20,000 nt of DNA, taken from NCBI RefSeq assembly GCF_004010195.1, contig NC_057720.1, positions 33,455,677 through 33,475,676 on the forward strand, written 5' to 3'. The notes beneath the pieces were generated by a model. That model saw only the letters and a program-made list of their open reading frames with translations, searched no databases and was not told the origin of the DNA. Source of the DNA: Chiloscyllium plagiosum (taxonomy: Eukaryota). Shown piece after piece: positions 10,524 through 20,000 of this stretch. The position numbers and the translations under genes are program-made. Position 1 is the stretch's first letter; each line of letters starts with the position of its first letter.

Positions 10524-10851
10524 GTGGCACGGTGGCACAGTGGTTAGCACTGCTGCCTCACAGCGCCAGAGACCCGGGTTCAATTCCCGCCTCAGGCGAC
10601 TGACTGTGTGGAGTTTGCATGTTCTCCCCGTGTCTGTGTGGGTTTCCTCCGGGTGCTCCGGTTTCCTCCCACAGTCCAAAGATGTGCAGATCAGGTGAAT
10701 TGGCCATGCAAAATTGCCCGTAGTGTTAAGTAAGGGGTAAATGTAGGGGTATGGGTGGGTTGCGCTTCAGCGGGTCGGTGTGGACTTGTTGGGCCGAAGG
10801 GCCTGTTTCCACACTGTAAGTAATCTAATTCAAAATCTAATTCAAATCTAA
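10524..10851 (+). mobile_element. Full-length tRNA-derived V-SINE (HE1-like)
   Basis: Pol III A box TGGCACAGTGG (10533-10543), B box GGTTCAATTCC (10577-10587), V-domain TGTGTGGAGTTTGCATGTTCTCCCC..GGGTGCTCCGGTTTCCTCCCACA, CR1-like 3' GGGCCGAAGGGCCTGTTTCC, and an (AATCTAATTCA)-type tail. Confidence 0.93.
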
Positions 10852-11867
10852 TAACTCGCTCTAATAAGAATAACCATAAATACGTCACTTCAGTGGTCAC
10901 AGTTTTAAACTCGAGTCAAGCCATCTTTAATGATTGAATAGGTTTAGCTTTCAAACAGAAATTCACTTTAGTATTCTGTGACTTTTTTTAAAATTCCAAG
11001 TTACTGTAAGTTAATGAACACTTAAAAGCTTTACACAACCCCTAATATTTGAAAGACTTGAGAGAATTCTAGCTGTCTCATATTCCCATATTTTAAAGGG
11101 ATATTATGTAAGATAGGAGAAGGAAATCTTGTTTGAATTTCTTTGATAATTCAGTCAAAACTAATATTTCATCTCAGCTCCACACTTCAGAGATCTTCCT
11201 GCTTATTATTCTCTAGGCACATGTGATACTCCTGAGAATCTTCTACTTCAACTGGTTGTGTAAATTTTTGATGGCTATTGAATGTTCGTGCAGTAAATGA
11301 GATTCAAGAAATTGTACTGAAATACAAAGATATCCAAGGCATTCTTGCTGTTTCAAACAAGTTCATTTCCTTTAATAAGATTTGTTTTAGGACAGAAGAG
11401 TTGAAATAGCTTGTAAAGATTGACTGACCTGCAGTAAAGATCTTCGATGTACAAATCAAAATGACAGTTACCCCTAAACTCCTTTTGGTGAAACCACTTC
11501 AGGTATTTCAGTGCTACTGCTTTTGTATAACAGGGAAAGTTTATCATGGATAAACCTCTTGAGCTGCTGAATGGAAATATTGGATGTTTTCTTACTTAAT
11601 GATAGATATTAGTAGGCAGATTACTGTGATGTATTGATGAGAACGTACATATAGTCTTCACATTAATTCTATTTCAAGATGATGGTCAAATTTCTGAAAT
11701 TGATCATGTGGTCTGATACGTATGAAACATTGACATCATAGAAAAGTTCCAAAGTATGAACATTTCACCTTCCAAAAAATAGTGCATGCTTACTCTGAAA
11801 AGATTGGATATTCTCCACTTTTCTAACACATTTCCAAAGTTTTTATTTCTAAAGTATTATAGCTAAG

Positions 11868-12058
11868 AATCATAGAATTCCTACAGTGTGGAAACAAGCC
11901 ATTCAGTCCAAGTCCACACCGACCCTCCAAAGAGTAATCCACCCAGACCCTACCCTATCACTCTACATTTACTCCAAACTAATGCACCTAACCTAAACAT
12001 CCCTGAACACTGTGGGCAATTTAGCATGGCCAAGTCACCTAATCTGCACATCTTGGAA
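11868..12058 (-). mobile_element. 5'-truncated HE1-like SINE
   Basis: Reverse complement of the 3' half of 10524-10851 (CTACAGTGTGGAAACA..GGGCAATTTAGCATGGCCAA..CTGCACATCTTGGA). Confidence 0.85.
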
Positions 12059-12556
12059 CTCTGCTTTGACTTTTCTGTGTCATGAAAACATCCTAACAAT
12101 TTTTCCTTTTGTCATGTTACTTGGAGTACTGAACTTTCTGCTGTCTTAATTTTAACTCTGTGCGGAATCTGTGCTTTGGGCATCTAAAATGAGTAGCACT
12201 CAGTAAGAATTGCCAAAGACCAGTCAATTTTAACAATGCAGGGACAATGTCTCCATAGTGCAGACATTAAAGGAGAAATGTTTGAAGCTCACTAGCAACC
12301 ATGAGGTATTTGCAACTTTGCCAAAGCCTTTATGAGTTTATGTGACTTATTTGCAACTTTAATGGAAGCTCAGAAAGTTACCACCCACTTAGCCCTAGCT
12401 TAGAGACCCTTGTGCACAAGATGGACACAACCTGCTGAACTATATCAAAAAGGTTTTCAAAGTGTTACCATCTACTGTAGAGGGAATATCGTTTTACTGT
12501 GTTGTTTCCAGTGGGCAGTGATCCATAACTCCCATTGTTCTAATTTATTTTGTAGG

Positions 12557-13755
12557 AAAGTCAACATTACGGGTCAGGATCATTCATCAAGACTGACCAG
12601 TCTGACCACTTATTATTACAGAGTCTGCTATTACACACCACCCATTGTGATCCATTAGCAGGTCCATTAACAGCTATTCACCCTCCAACCCTAATCGTTG
12701 TCGGGTCCTTTGTCTGGCTAACTGCTCTTCTCTCTCTTTGGGCTCTGTCTCCAACTATTGTTTACTCCCTATCCTTATGGATAGTGACAAAGGATGTAAT
12801 AGGTTAGAGAGAGACATAGATAGGATGCAGAGCTGGGCTGAGAGGTGGAAAATGGAGTTTAATGTGGACAAGTGTGAGGTGATACACATTGGACGGAGTA
12901 ATCGGAATGCGGGCTAATGGTAAGATTCTTGGGAGTGCAGATGAGCAGAGAGATCTCGGTGTCCATGTACACAGATTCCTGAAAGTTGCCACCCAGAATG
13001 ACAGGATTTTTAAGAAGGCATACAGTGTTTGGCCTTTATTAATAGAGGGATTGAGTTCTGGAACCAGGAGGTTATGCTGCAGGTGTACAAAGCTCTGGTA
13101 AGGCCACACTTGGAGTATTGTGTACAGTTCTGGTCACTGCATTAAAAGAAGGATGTGGAAGCTTTGGAAAGGGTGCAGAGGAGATTACTAGGATGTTGCC
13201 AGGTATGGAAGGAATGTCTTACGAGGAAAGGCTGAGGGCCTTGAGGCTGTTCTCGTTAGAGGGAAGAAGGTTGAGAGGTGACTTAATAGAGACATAAAAA
13301 ATAATCAGAGGGTTAGATATAGTGGACGGGGAGAGCCTTTTTCCAAGTATGGGAACGGCAAACACGAGGGGACATAACTTTAAAGTGAGGGGAGATAGGT
13401 ATAAGACAGATGTCAGAATAGTTCCTTTACTCAGAGAGTAGTAAGGGTATGGAATGCTTTGCCTGCAAAGGTAGTAGATTCGCCAATTTTAAGTGCATTT
13501 AAGTCGTCATTGGACAGGCAAATGGACGTACATGGAATAGTGTGGGTGGGATGGGCTTCAGACTAGTATGACAGGGCAGCGCTACATCGATGGCCGAAGG
13601 GCCTGTACTGCGCTGTAATGTTCTATGTTCTATCCTCTCCTCACCACCCTATCTTCTGTACATAAACCAACATTTTCCAAGCTCCATCAGTGCTGAGGAA
13701 AGGTCGCTCGATTAACTCTGATTTCTCTCCATAGATGCTGCCAGACTTGCTGAGC
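12557..13755 (+). mobile_element. Older PLE 3' fragment with inverted 5' HHR remnant, split by a CR1 insertion
   Basis: Decayed HHR on minus at 12559-12594 (AGUC-uUGAUGA..GACCC-GuAA-UGUU-GACU). A pyrimidine-rich body continues across the CR1. Decayed + HHR at ~13689-13717, then the pseudo-LTR end GATGCTGCCAGACTTGCTGAG. Confidence 0.6.
12776..13629 (+). mobile_element. 5'-truncated CR1 (HER1-like) LINE
   Basis: ORF2 C-terminal motifs (W.MEFNVDKCEV.H, DLGVHVH, RPHLEYCVQFWS, RLRGDLIE, WNALP), a (TTCTATG)n tail, and TSD CTATCCT at 12769-12775 and 13630-13636. Confidence 0.93.
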
Positions 13756-13856
13756 CTGATATTGGTTTAACATAGTCAAATGTTAAACAAGACAGAGATA
13801 CTTGTAAACTTCTATAAGGGAGCATGAAAAGGCAGGTTTGCAGATAGTGAGGCTGA

Positions 13857-14150
13857 TAGAATCATAGGGTCCCTTCAATGTGGAAGCAGGCCATTCAGCC
13901 CATCAAGTGGACAACATTCTGAACAGAATCCCACCCAGACACAAGCCCCAGTATATCTCTGTAGCTCCACATTTCCCATGGCTCATCCACATAGCCTGTG
14001 CATCCCTGGACAATATGGACAAAAATTGCACATCTTTGGACTGCACATGAAAACCCATGCAGACATGGGAGAACAGTCAAACAACCACACAAACACCACA
14101 CAGACAGTCACCTGAGGCTGCAATCAAACCCAGCCTTCTGGTGCTGTGAG
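13857..14150 (-). mobile_element. Older HE1-like SINE
   Basis: Reverse complement homologous to 10524-10851 (GAAAACCCATGCAGACATGGGAGAAC..CACACAGACAGTCACCTGAGGC..GGTGCTGTGAG). Confidence 0.82.
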
Positions 14151-14268
14151 ATCGATATTGTGAGTAATCTCACTGATCAAACAGTGAACCCACTGGCTGC
14201 GCCAAAAATTCGATCAGAAGCCCAATTCAGTCTGAGGGTTCTGATTCAGTGCAATGTTCATGGCAGGA

Positions 14269-16018
14269 AGGATTAGGGAAAACCCAAAGGCGTTCTGCAC
14301 TTAGTGAAGAATAAGTGAATGATCAGAGAGAGGATATTGCTGATCAGAGATAGTGGAAGGATCTTGAGCCTGGTGTCTGAAGAGGTAGGGGCAGCCTAAA
14401 TTAGTTTTTTGCGTCAGTATTCACATGCGAGATGGACCTTGTTGACAGTGAGAACACCGTGGAACAGGTTGATAGGCTTGAACAGCTGGCTATCAAGGAA
14501 GTGGATATGCAGGGTTCAGGGCTGGACTAGATATATCCAAGGTAACTACAATGAGATTGCTGCACCTCTGGTGATAGTCTTTGCATCCTCACTCTGAGGG
14601 GGAGTAGTACCGGCTGACTGGAGGAAGGCGAATGTTGTTCCTCTATTCAAGAAAGGGAATAGGAAAATCCCTGAGAATTATAGACCAGTCAGTCTTACAT
14701 CTGTGTTAAGCAAGGTACTGGAAAGGATTCTGAAAGACAGGATTTATGACTATTTGGAAAAACATTGTTTGATTAAAGATAGTCAGCATGGCTTTCTGAG
14801 GGGCTGACCATGCCTCACAAACCTTATTGAGTTCTTTGAGGACGTGATGAGACAAATTGATGAAGGTCAAGTAGGGGTTGTGGTGTATATGGATTTCGGT
14901 AAGGCATTTGATAAGGTTCCTCACAGTAGGCTCATTCAGAAAGTTAGGAGGTATGGAATACAGGCAAGTTGGCTGTCTGGATACAGAATTGGCTGGCCGA
15001 AAGAAGACAGTGAGTGGTAGCGGATGGAAAGTATTCCACCTGGAGGTCGGTGACCAGTGGTGTCACACAGGGATCTGTTCATGGGCCTCTGCTGTTTGTA
15101 GTTTTTATAAATGACTAGAATGAAGAAGTGTAAGTGTAGGTTAGTAAGTTTGCCGATAGCACAAATGTCAGTAGTGTTGTAGATAGTCTCAAGGTCTGTT
15201 GCAGACTACAACATGCATTGGCAGGGTGCAGAGCTGGGCTGAGAAGTGGCAGATGGAGTTCAACCTGGATAAATGCGAAGTGATTCATTTTGGAAGGTTG
15301 AATTTGAAGGTCGAATTTGAATAGGGTTAAAGACAGGATTCTTGGGAGTGTGAATGAACAGTTGGATCTTGGGATCCATGTATATGGATCCCTCAAAGTT
15401 GCCACCCAAGTTGATAGGGTTGTTAAGAAGGCTTATAGTGTTTTGACTTTCATTAACAGGGGGATTGTGTTTAAGAGCCGAGGGTTTTGCTGCCGCTCCG
15501 TAAAATCACACTGGGAATATTGTGTCCAGTTCTGATCGCCTCATTTTCGGAAGGATAGAGATGCTTTCGAGAGGGTGTCGAGATGATTGACAGGATGCTG
15601 CCTGAATTGGAAGGTTGGTTTGATGAAGAGAGGTTGAGTGAGCTCGGGTTTTTCACACTGAAAAGAGTAAGGAAGAGAGGTGACTTGATTGAGATGTACA
15701 ATGTAATGAGAGGCATAGAAAGAGTAGATAGCCAGCTACTTTTCCCCAGGGCAGAAATGGCTGTCATGAGGGGCCATAATTTTAAGGTGATTGGAAGGTG
15801 TGGGGGAGATGTCAGAGATAGGTTCTTTATGTAGAGAGTGGTGGATGCGTGGAATGCATTGCCAACGGTAAAGTCAGAGACATGAGGGACATTGAAGCGA
15901 CTGCTGGACAAGCACATGGACAGCAGTAAATTGAGGGGTGTGTGGGTTAGGTTGATCTTAGATTAAGATAAATGCTCAGCACAACATCGTGGGCTGAAAG
16001 GCCTGTACTGTTCTATAT
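14269..16018 (+). mobile_element. 5'-truncated CR1 LINE with decayed RT domain
   Basis: NYRPVSLTSVLSKVLERIL (~14677-14733), SQHGF, VVYMDFGKAFDKVPH (~14879-14924), SGVTQGSVHGPLLFVVFIND, SKFAD, WQMEFN, RGDLIE, and terminal GGGCTGAAAGGCCTGTACTGTTCTAT. Confidence 0.93.
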
Positions 16019-16405
16019 GCATCTTAATGTAAACTAGTGTTGCGCATGGCTGTTTGGTGTAGTGTGTGGAATGATTTACATGGTGGCAAACCCACACAAC
16101 TTAGAATATTGTAGACAAGTACTGCACCCTCTCTGAAACTTAATTATATATTTTGTCACCTTTTGAATTCATTGCCATAAGGTTTTTTGTGATCCGTGTG
16201 AAATAAGACTTGCTTGAAGGAGAAGGATCTTCTTTAATTCTGAGGCCATATAGTTGACAGTTTAGAGAGTTATCCGACAATCAATCCCCAAGATTATGAT
16301 AACAAGATTTTATTCTATTATGCAGAATGAGAAAGTAAATCTAAAAATTCTCCAATTGTCTCTGTCTTATTACCTTTGATTTGAAAACAGGCACCATATT
16401 AAACT

Positions 16406-16530
16406 TTTGATGGGCTTTTGCCCGAAATGTCGATTTTCCTGCTCCTCGGATGCTGCCTGACCTGCTGTGCTTTTCCAGCACCACTCTAATCTTGACTCTG
16501 ATCTCCAGCATCTGCAGTCCTCACTTTCAA
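16406..16530 (+). mobile_element. Single-arm HHR mini-element copy 6
   Basis: Starts in a damaged core (TTGATGGGCTTTTGCCCGAAATGTC) and runs to the tail. TSD CATATTAA(A/G)CT at 16395-16405 and 16531-16541. Confidence 0.85.
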
Positions 16531-17186
16531 CATATTAAGCTGTGTTTAAAGTAATAATTATTAATCCAGCATCTCAAATGAGAGTTGATTCTTCATAAGT
16601 CCTCTCATTGTGCCTCTGAATATTTTGGAATCAATACTATCACTTGCTCGGTATTCATTTCTTGAGCCTTTTTAGCTACTCGAGGACGATATTTCAATAC
16701 AAAATGAAATCAATGAATTTTGACTTGGTCTTTTTTTAATGAGACGCTATGAATACTTAAAGCAACTTTATGGTCTGGATTTTGCAGTCAGCAACAAAAT
16801 ACCAGAATTTGGGAGAAACTGCCTGCAGGTATCTAACAATCTCTGTGGCATGGTTTATGTCCTTTCCTGTTGTCAATTTAAATCCAGTACCAAATCAAAG
16901 GGTTCTCTTGATGTGCAGCAGCGCTGATATCAGTAAACAGATTGGTAACCAACCGTTTTGAAATATTCACACACAGCAAGCCAGGAAGTTTAAAACACTT
17001 AATATTCTTTAATTAAAATTTCCAAAGATAGAAACACATAATTATTAAGATCAAATTTAATATGAAGTCATTAAGTACCTTCATTAATTTAAAATTGTGG
17101 AATTTTTGTATCCTAATTTTAAAAAATGGTTTTCCACTTACATAAATTCAGCTTTTCAGATTCTGAATTGATAATACTCATCATGG

Positions 17187-17400
17187 CTGAAAATGTGTTG
17201 CTGGAAAAGCGTAGCAGGTCAGGCAGCATTCAAGGAGCAGGAGAATCGACGTTTCGGGCATGAGCCCTTCATCAGGAAATCATGCCCGAAACATCGATTC
17301 TCCTGCTCCTTGGATGCTGCCTGACCTGCTGCACTTTTCCAGCAACACATTTTCAGCTCTGATCTCCAGCATCTGCAGTCCTCACTTTCTCTTCGAAGAT
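17187..17400 (+). mobile_element. Palindromic HHR mini-element copy 7 (young subfamily, like copy 5)
   Basis: Intact core CUGAUGAAGGGCUCAUGCCCGAAACGUC on minus at 17248-17275. Perfect 15-bp TSD TAATACTCATCATGG at 17172-17186 and 17401-17415. Confidence 0.9.
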
Positions 17401-18044
17401 TAATACTCATCATGGGGTTAGTACAATGTTAAAATGAAGCTGCACCTCATTCAATAGAATGTAATTTTTCAAAGGTTTTTACAGTGATACTAACATTGAG
17501 ATTTAACCAGAATTAATGCCTTTGTCAATTTACTTGATATTCATTAATTTCAGTCTGGGATGCCTTCACAGTATAATTGCAAAAGTAGTGAAAAATCAGT
17601 GAAAGCAACTTTTGGATTTCTGGATAATTCTGTGCATAGAGTTTCATAAGTCACTGTTGGTTTCAAGAGATAATGATGCCCAACATTGAGTTTCATCATC
17701 ACTATCACTGCAAAATATGTATCATTATCATATGTTGATCCTAAAAGTCAAATCTTTCATGATTCAAACTGGTTCTTTAGCTGCCTTCTTACTTTTGTAG
17801 TGTGCCTTTCTTAATATAGCTAAACTGACTTAAGTTAACACCCATTATTAATTGGTTTATGGTGCTTAAAACTTACATGATTAACTTTTTTGACTTTTAA
17901 AATTAGCTAAGCAGCTGTTCTAGTGAACAGAGTTCAATTTCAAGTATCTTTAACTTGCATTAGAGAATCCCATTTCAGGTGACAAATGAACAAAAAACAA
18001 TTTAATTAATTCCACATACACCCTTGTTAATTTCACAAGTATAC

Positions 18045-18135
18045 AGACATCTCTTTGCCAGGAGGTCCAGGTTCAAATCCTATTTGCTCCAGAAGTGTGG
18101 AATAGCATGTCTGGACAGGTTGATTAAAACTATCT
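18045..18135 (+). mobile_element. Short decayed tRNA-derived SINE
   Basis: B box GGTTCAAATCC (18070-18080) within CCAGGAGGTCCAGGTTCAAATCC..GCTCCAGA..ACAGGTTGATTA. The A box is not recognisable. Confidence 0.5.
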
Positions 18136-18476
18136 ACAGATATCTCTGAAACCTGGAGGTATACAAGAAAACAGGCTTCAATAATACAGCCTGAAAATTT
18201 CTTGTATAATAGCAGTACAGTTTGGATTTTAACCAATATAGAGGATTCTTCACATAATGAAAATTCTTCCTTCTGTTGATACCACTTGTCCTTGTATATA
18301 ACACAGTGTGTTAGAACTCTCATTGATATTTCGTTATTTACATTTTATCCTTTTATGAATTTTGATTTGAGTGTGATCTGAGAACTGAGAGCTAAAGGCT
18401 ACTTTTGGACACGGAGTTAAAAGGACAAAAGACTAAACTGGGTTTTGTTTTTTTGAGAGGCCAGATGTGAAAATTA

Positions 18477-18677
18477 AATGAGCTGCCAGAGGAAGTGGTG
18501 GAGGCTGGTACAATTGCAACATTTAAGAGGCATTTGGATGGGTATATGAATAGGAAGGGTTTGGAGGGATATGGGCGGGTGCTGGCAAGTGGGACTAGAT
18601 TGGGTTGGGATATCTGGTCGGCATGGATGGGTTGGACTGAAGGGTCTGTTTCCATGCTGTACATCTCTACGACTCTA
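18477..18677 (+). mobile_element. Young CR1 (HER1-like) 3' end
   Basis: NELPEEVVEAGTIATFKRHLDGYM..GYG ORF2 terminus plus 3' stem-loop and tail. Confidence 0.92.
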
Positions 18678-19087
18678 TAAGTTGACACCTATTCAAAAGG
18701 TTCTGTAGACATTTCATCACCGAAGTAGAGTATTAGGTTTCCAGTAAATTTCAAAATGAACTTATGCTGAGGCAGATGTTGAATGGTTACTGGATTCAGA
18801 TGATCAGTCTGTCAGGGAGTGGTCAGAATTTCAATTGGATTTTGGGCTGTGTTTCTGTGAAAAAAGAAATCTGGCTGTTGATGCTACAGCATGAAGATTT
18901 GAAAGCTCTCTGCCTAATCTCTCAAATGTAATTCTTGGAGGTTCACAGAAAACTAAGTTGTAAGCAATCCTGCCTTTATCTGAGTAAACTGTAAATGTGA
19001 CCGTGATTGACATCTTCAGAAAATCAACTAAGAAACCATCATCTTTGCCTGTGGTATGATACATCATGAAAACTACTTAAGTAATCT

Positions 19088-19177
19088 AAGCAAGGATCAC
19101 TTGACCTGAAACATTAACTCTGATTTCTCTCCATAGATGCTGCCAGACCTGCTGAGCTTTTCCAGCAATTTGTGCTT
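19088..19177 (+). mobile_element. Older-family PLE pseudo-LTR mini-insertion (partial HHR)
   Basis: Stem II remnant, then GAAACATTAACTCTG..GATGCTGCCAGACCTGCTGAG. Perfect 11-bp TSD TTAAGTAATCT at 19077-19087 and 19178-19188. Confidence 0.75.
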
Positions 19178-19771
19178 TTAAGTAATCTGGCCTATTTTGT
19201 TACTTTTTTTCCATTTATCCCTTAACTATGTTTTTTGTATGAATGGAGCTGTAAACAAAAGTATTTGGGTTTAAAGCACAGATCAATTACATTACTTTTT
19301 GTTTAACTTTGCCCGACTAAAGTGAATGTGTTGTTAATAAATAGCTAAGCCTTTTAAGTTACAAACTGATGTTAAGAATTAATTATTTGCAAAGTCAGGA
19401 CTGGTTATTCAAAATGTTTGTTAGAACCTTTTGGGATCAATTTTGAAGGACTTTGAAGGTTGTAATTTCACTGCATTGAAAGTGCAGGGGCAGAAAGGCT
19501 GATTTGATCAGCTGTCTGTCTCCATGTCGTAACAATTACATTTTTCTAAATAAGAAAAAGAGGTTGTTTGGTCTTTACGGAATTAAGTCTTTTGATTGAA
19601 TGACTATGTCCTGGATATTTCATTTTTGTTTTTTCAAAACTAGGAGGGTGTTTAAAGCTGAAAGTGAGGAGTCATGTAGTTCATTGTATACAGTCAGAAC
19701 CACAAGAGGGAGCAATTGCAGTCACTTTTTAAATTCTCAGGGTTTGAGAAAAATTGCACAGCACAAGGTAT

Positions 19772-20000
19772 TAGAGTCATAGAGATGTACAGCATGGAAA
19801 CAGACCCTTCGGTCCAACCTGTCCATGCCAATCAGATATCCCAACCCAATCTAGTCCCACCTGCCAGCACCCGGCCCATATCCCTCCAAACCCTTCCTAT
19901 TCATATACCCATCCAAATACCTCTTAAACGTTGCAATTGTACCAGCCTCCACCACATCCTCTGGCAGCTCATTCCATACACGTACCACCCTCTGCATGAA
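19772..20000 (-). mobile_element. Young CR1 3' end, same subfamily as 18477-18677, running off the window
   Basis: The reverse complement aligns to 18477-18677 with about 10 mismatches and 1 indel over ~200 bp (manual count). Confidence 0.92.

Noticed and set aside
10524..10600. tRNA gene
   Set aside because: The A/B boxes continue into a V-SINE body and LINE-derived tail, so this is a SINE head.
11380..11510. Exon-like segment (TTTGTTTTAG ... CAG|GTATTT)
   Set aside because: Stops occur in all three frames and the donor is weak.
16898..16954. 57-nt in-frame candidate exon (CAG|...|GTAACC)
   Set aside because: Mediocre splice signals and no recognisable peptide.
583..17400. Interpretation as MITEs (DNA transposons) or miRNA hairpins
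   Set aside because: The arms are asymmetric, the TSDs are long and variable (11-18 bp), a single-arm copy exists, and the centre is a HHR core. This fits PLE retrotransposition better.
18033..18323. 96-aa minus ORF with a good acceptor and a collagen-like EPGPPGKE
   Set aside because: The GPPG segment is the antisense of a SINE B-box region. There is no sustained Gly-X-Y repeat and no recognisable protein.

Overview
Repeat-dense, apparently non-coding vertebrate genomic DNA. The repeat families resemble HE1 and SacSINE1 SINEs and HER1/CR1 LINEs, which points to a cartilaginous fish (shark); this is an inference from recognition, not a database result. I found no supportable host gene. The recognisable ORFs are decayed retroelement fragments. 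The window holds one 5'-truncated Penelope-like element (PLE; RT + GIY-YIG, ~2968-4917), several CR1/L2-clade LINE fragments and tRNA-derived SINEs. The main observation is a hammerhead ribozyme (HHR) system. The PLE ends in an intact-looking type I HHR (4828-4890). Seven non-coding ~125-220 bp insertions, six of them palindromic and each flanked by an 11-18 bp target-site duplication (TSD), carry a minimal HHR core (consensus CUGAUGA-A-GGGC-UUAU-GCCC-GAAA-CG-UC) at the hairpin centre or, in the single-arm copy, at the 5' end. One arm has an extra ~30-40 nt tail. An older related HHR family is also present. The catalytic G12 lies in a CpG and has repeatedly decayed.
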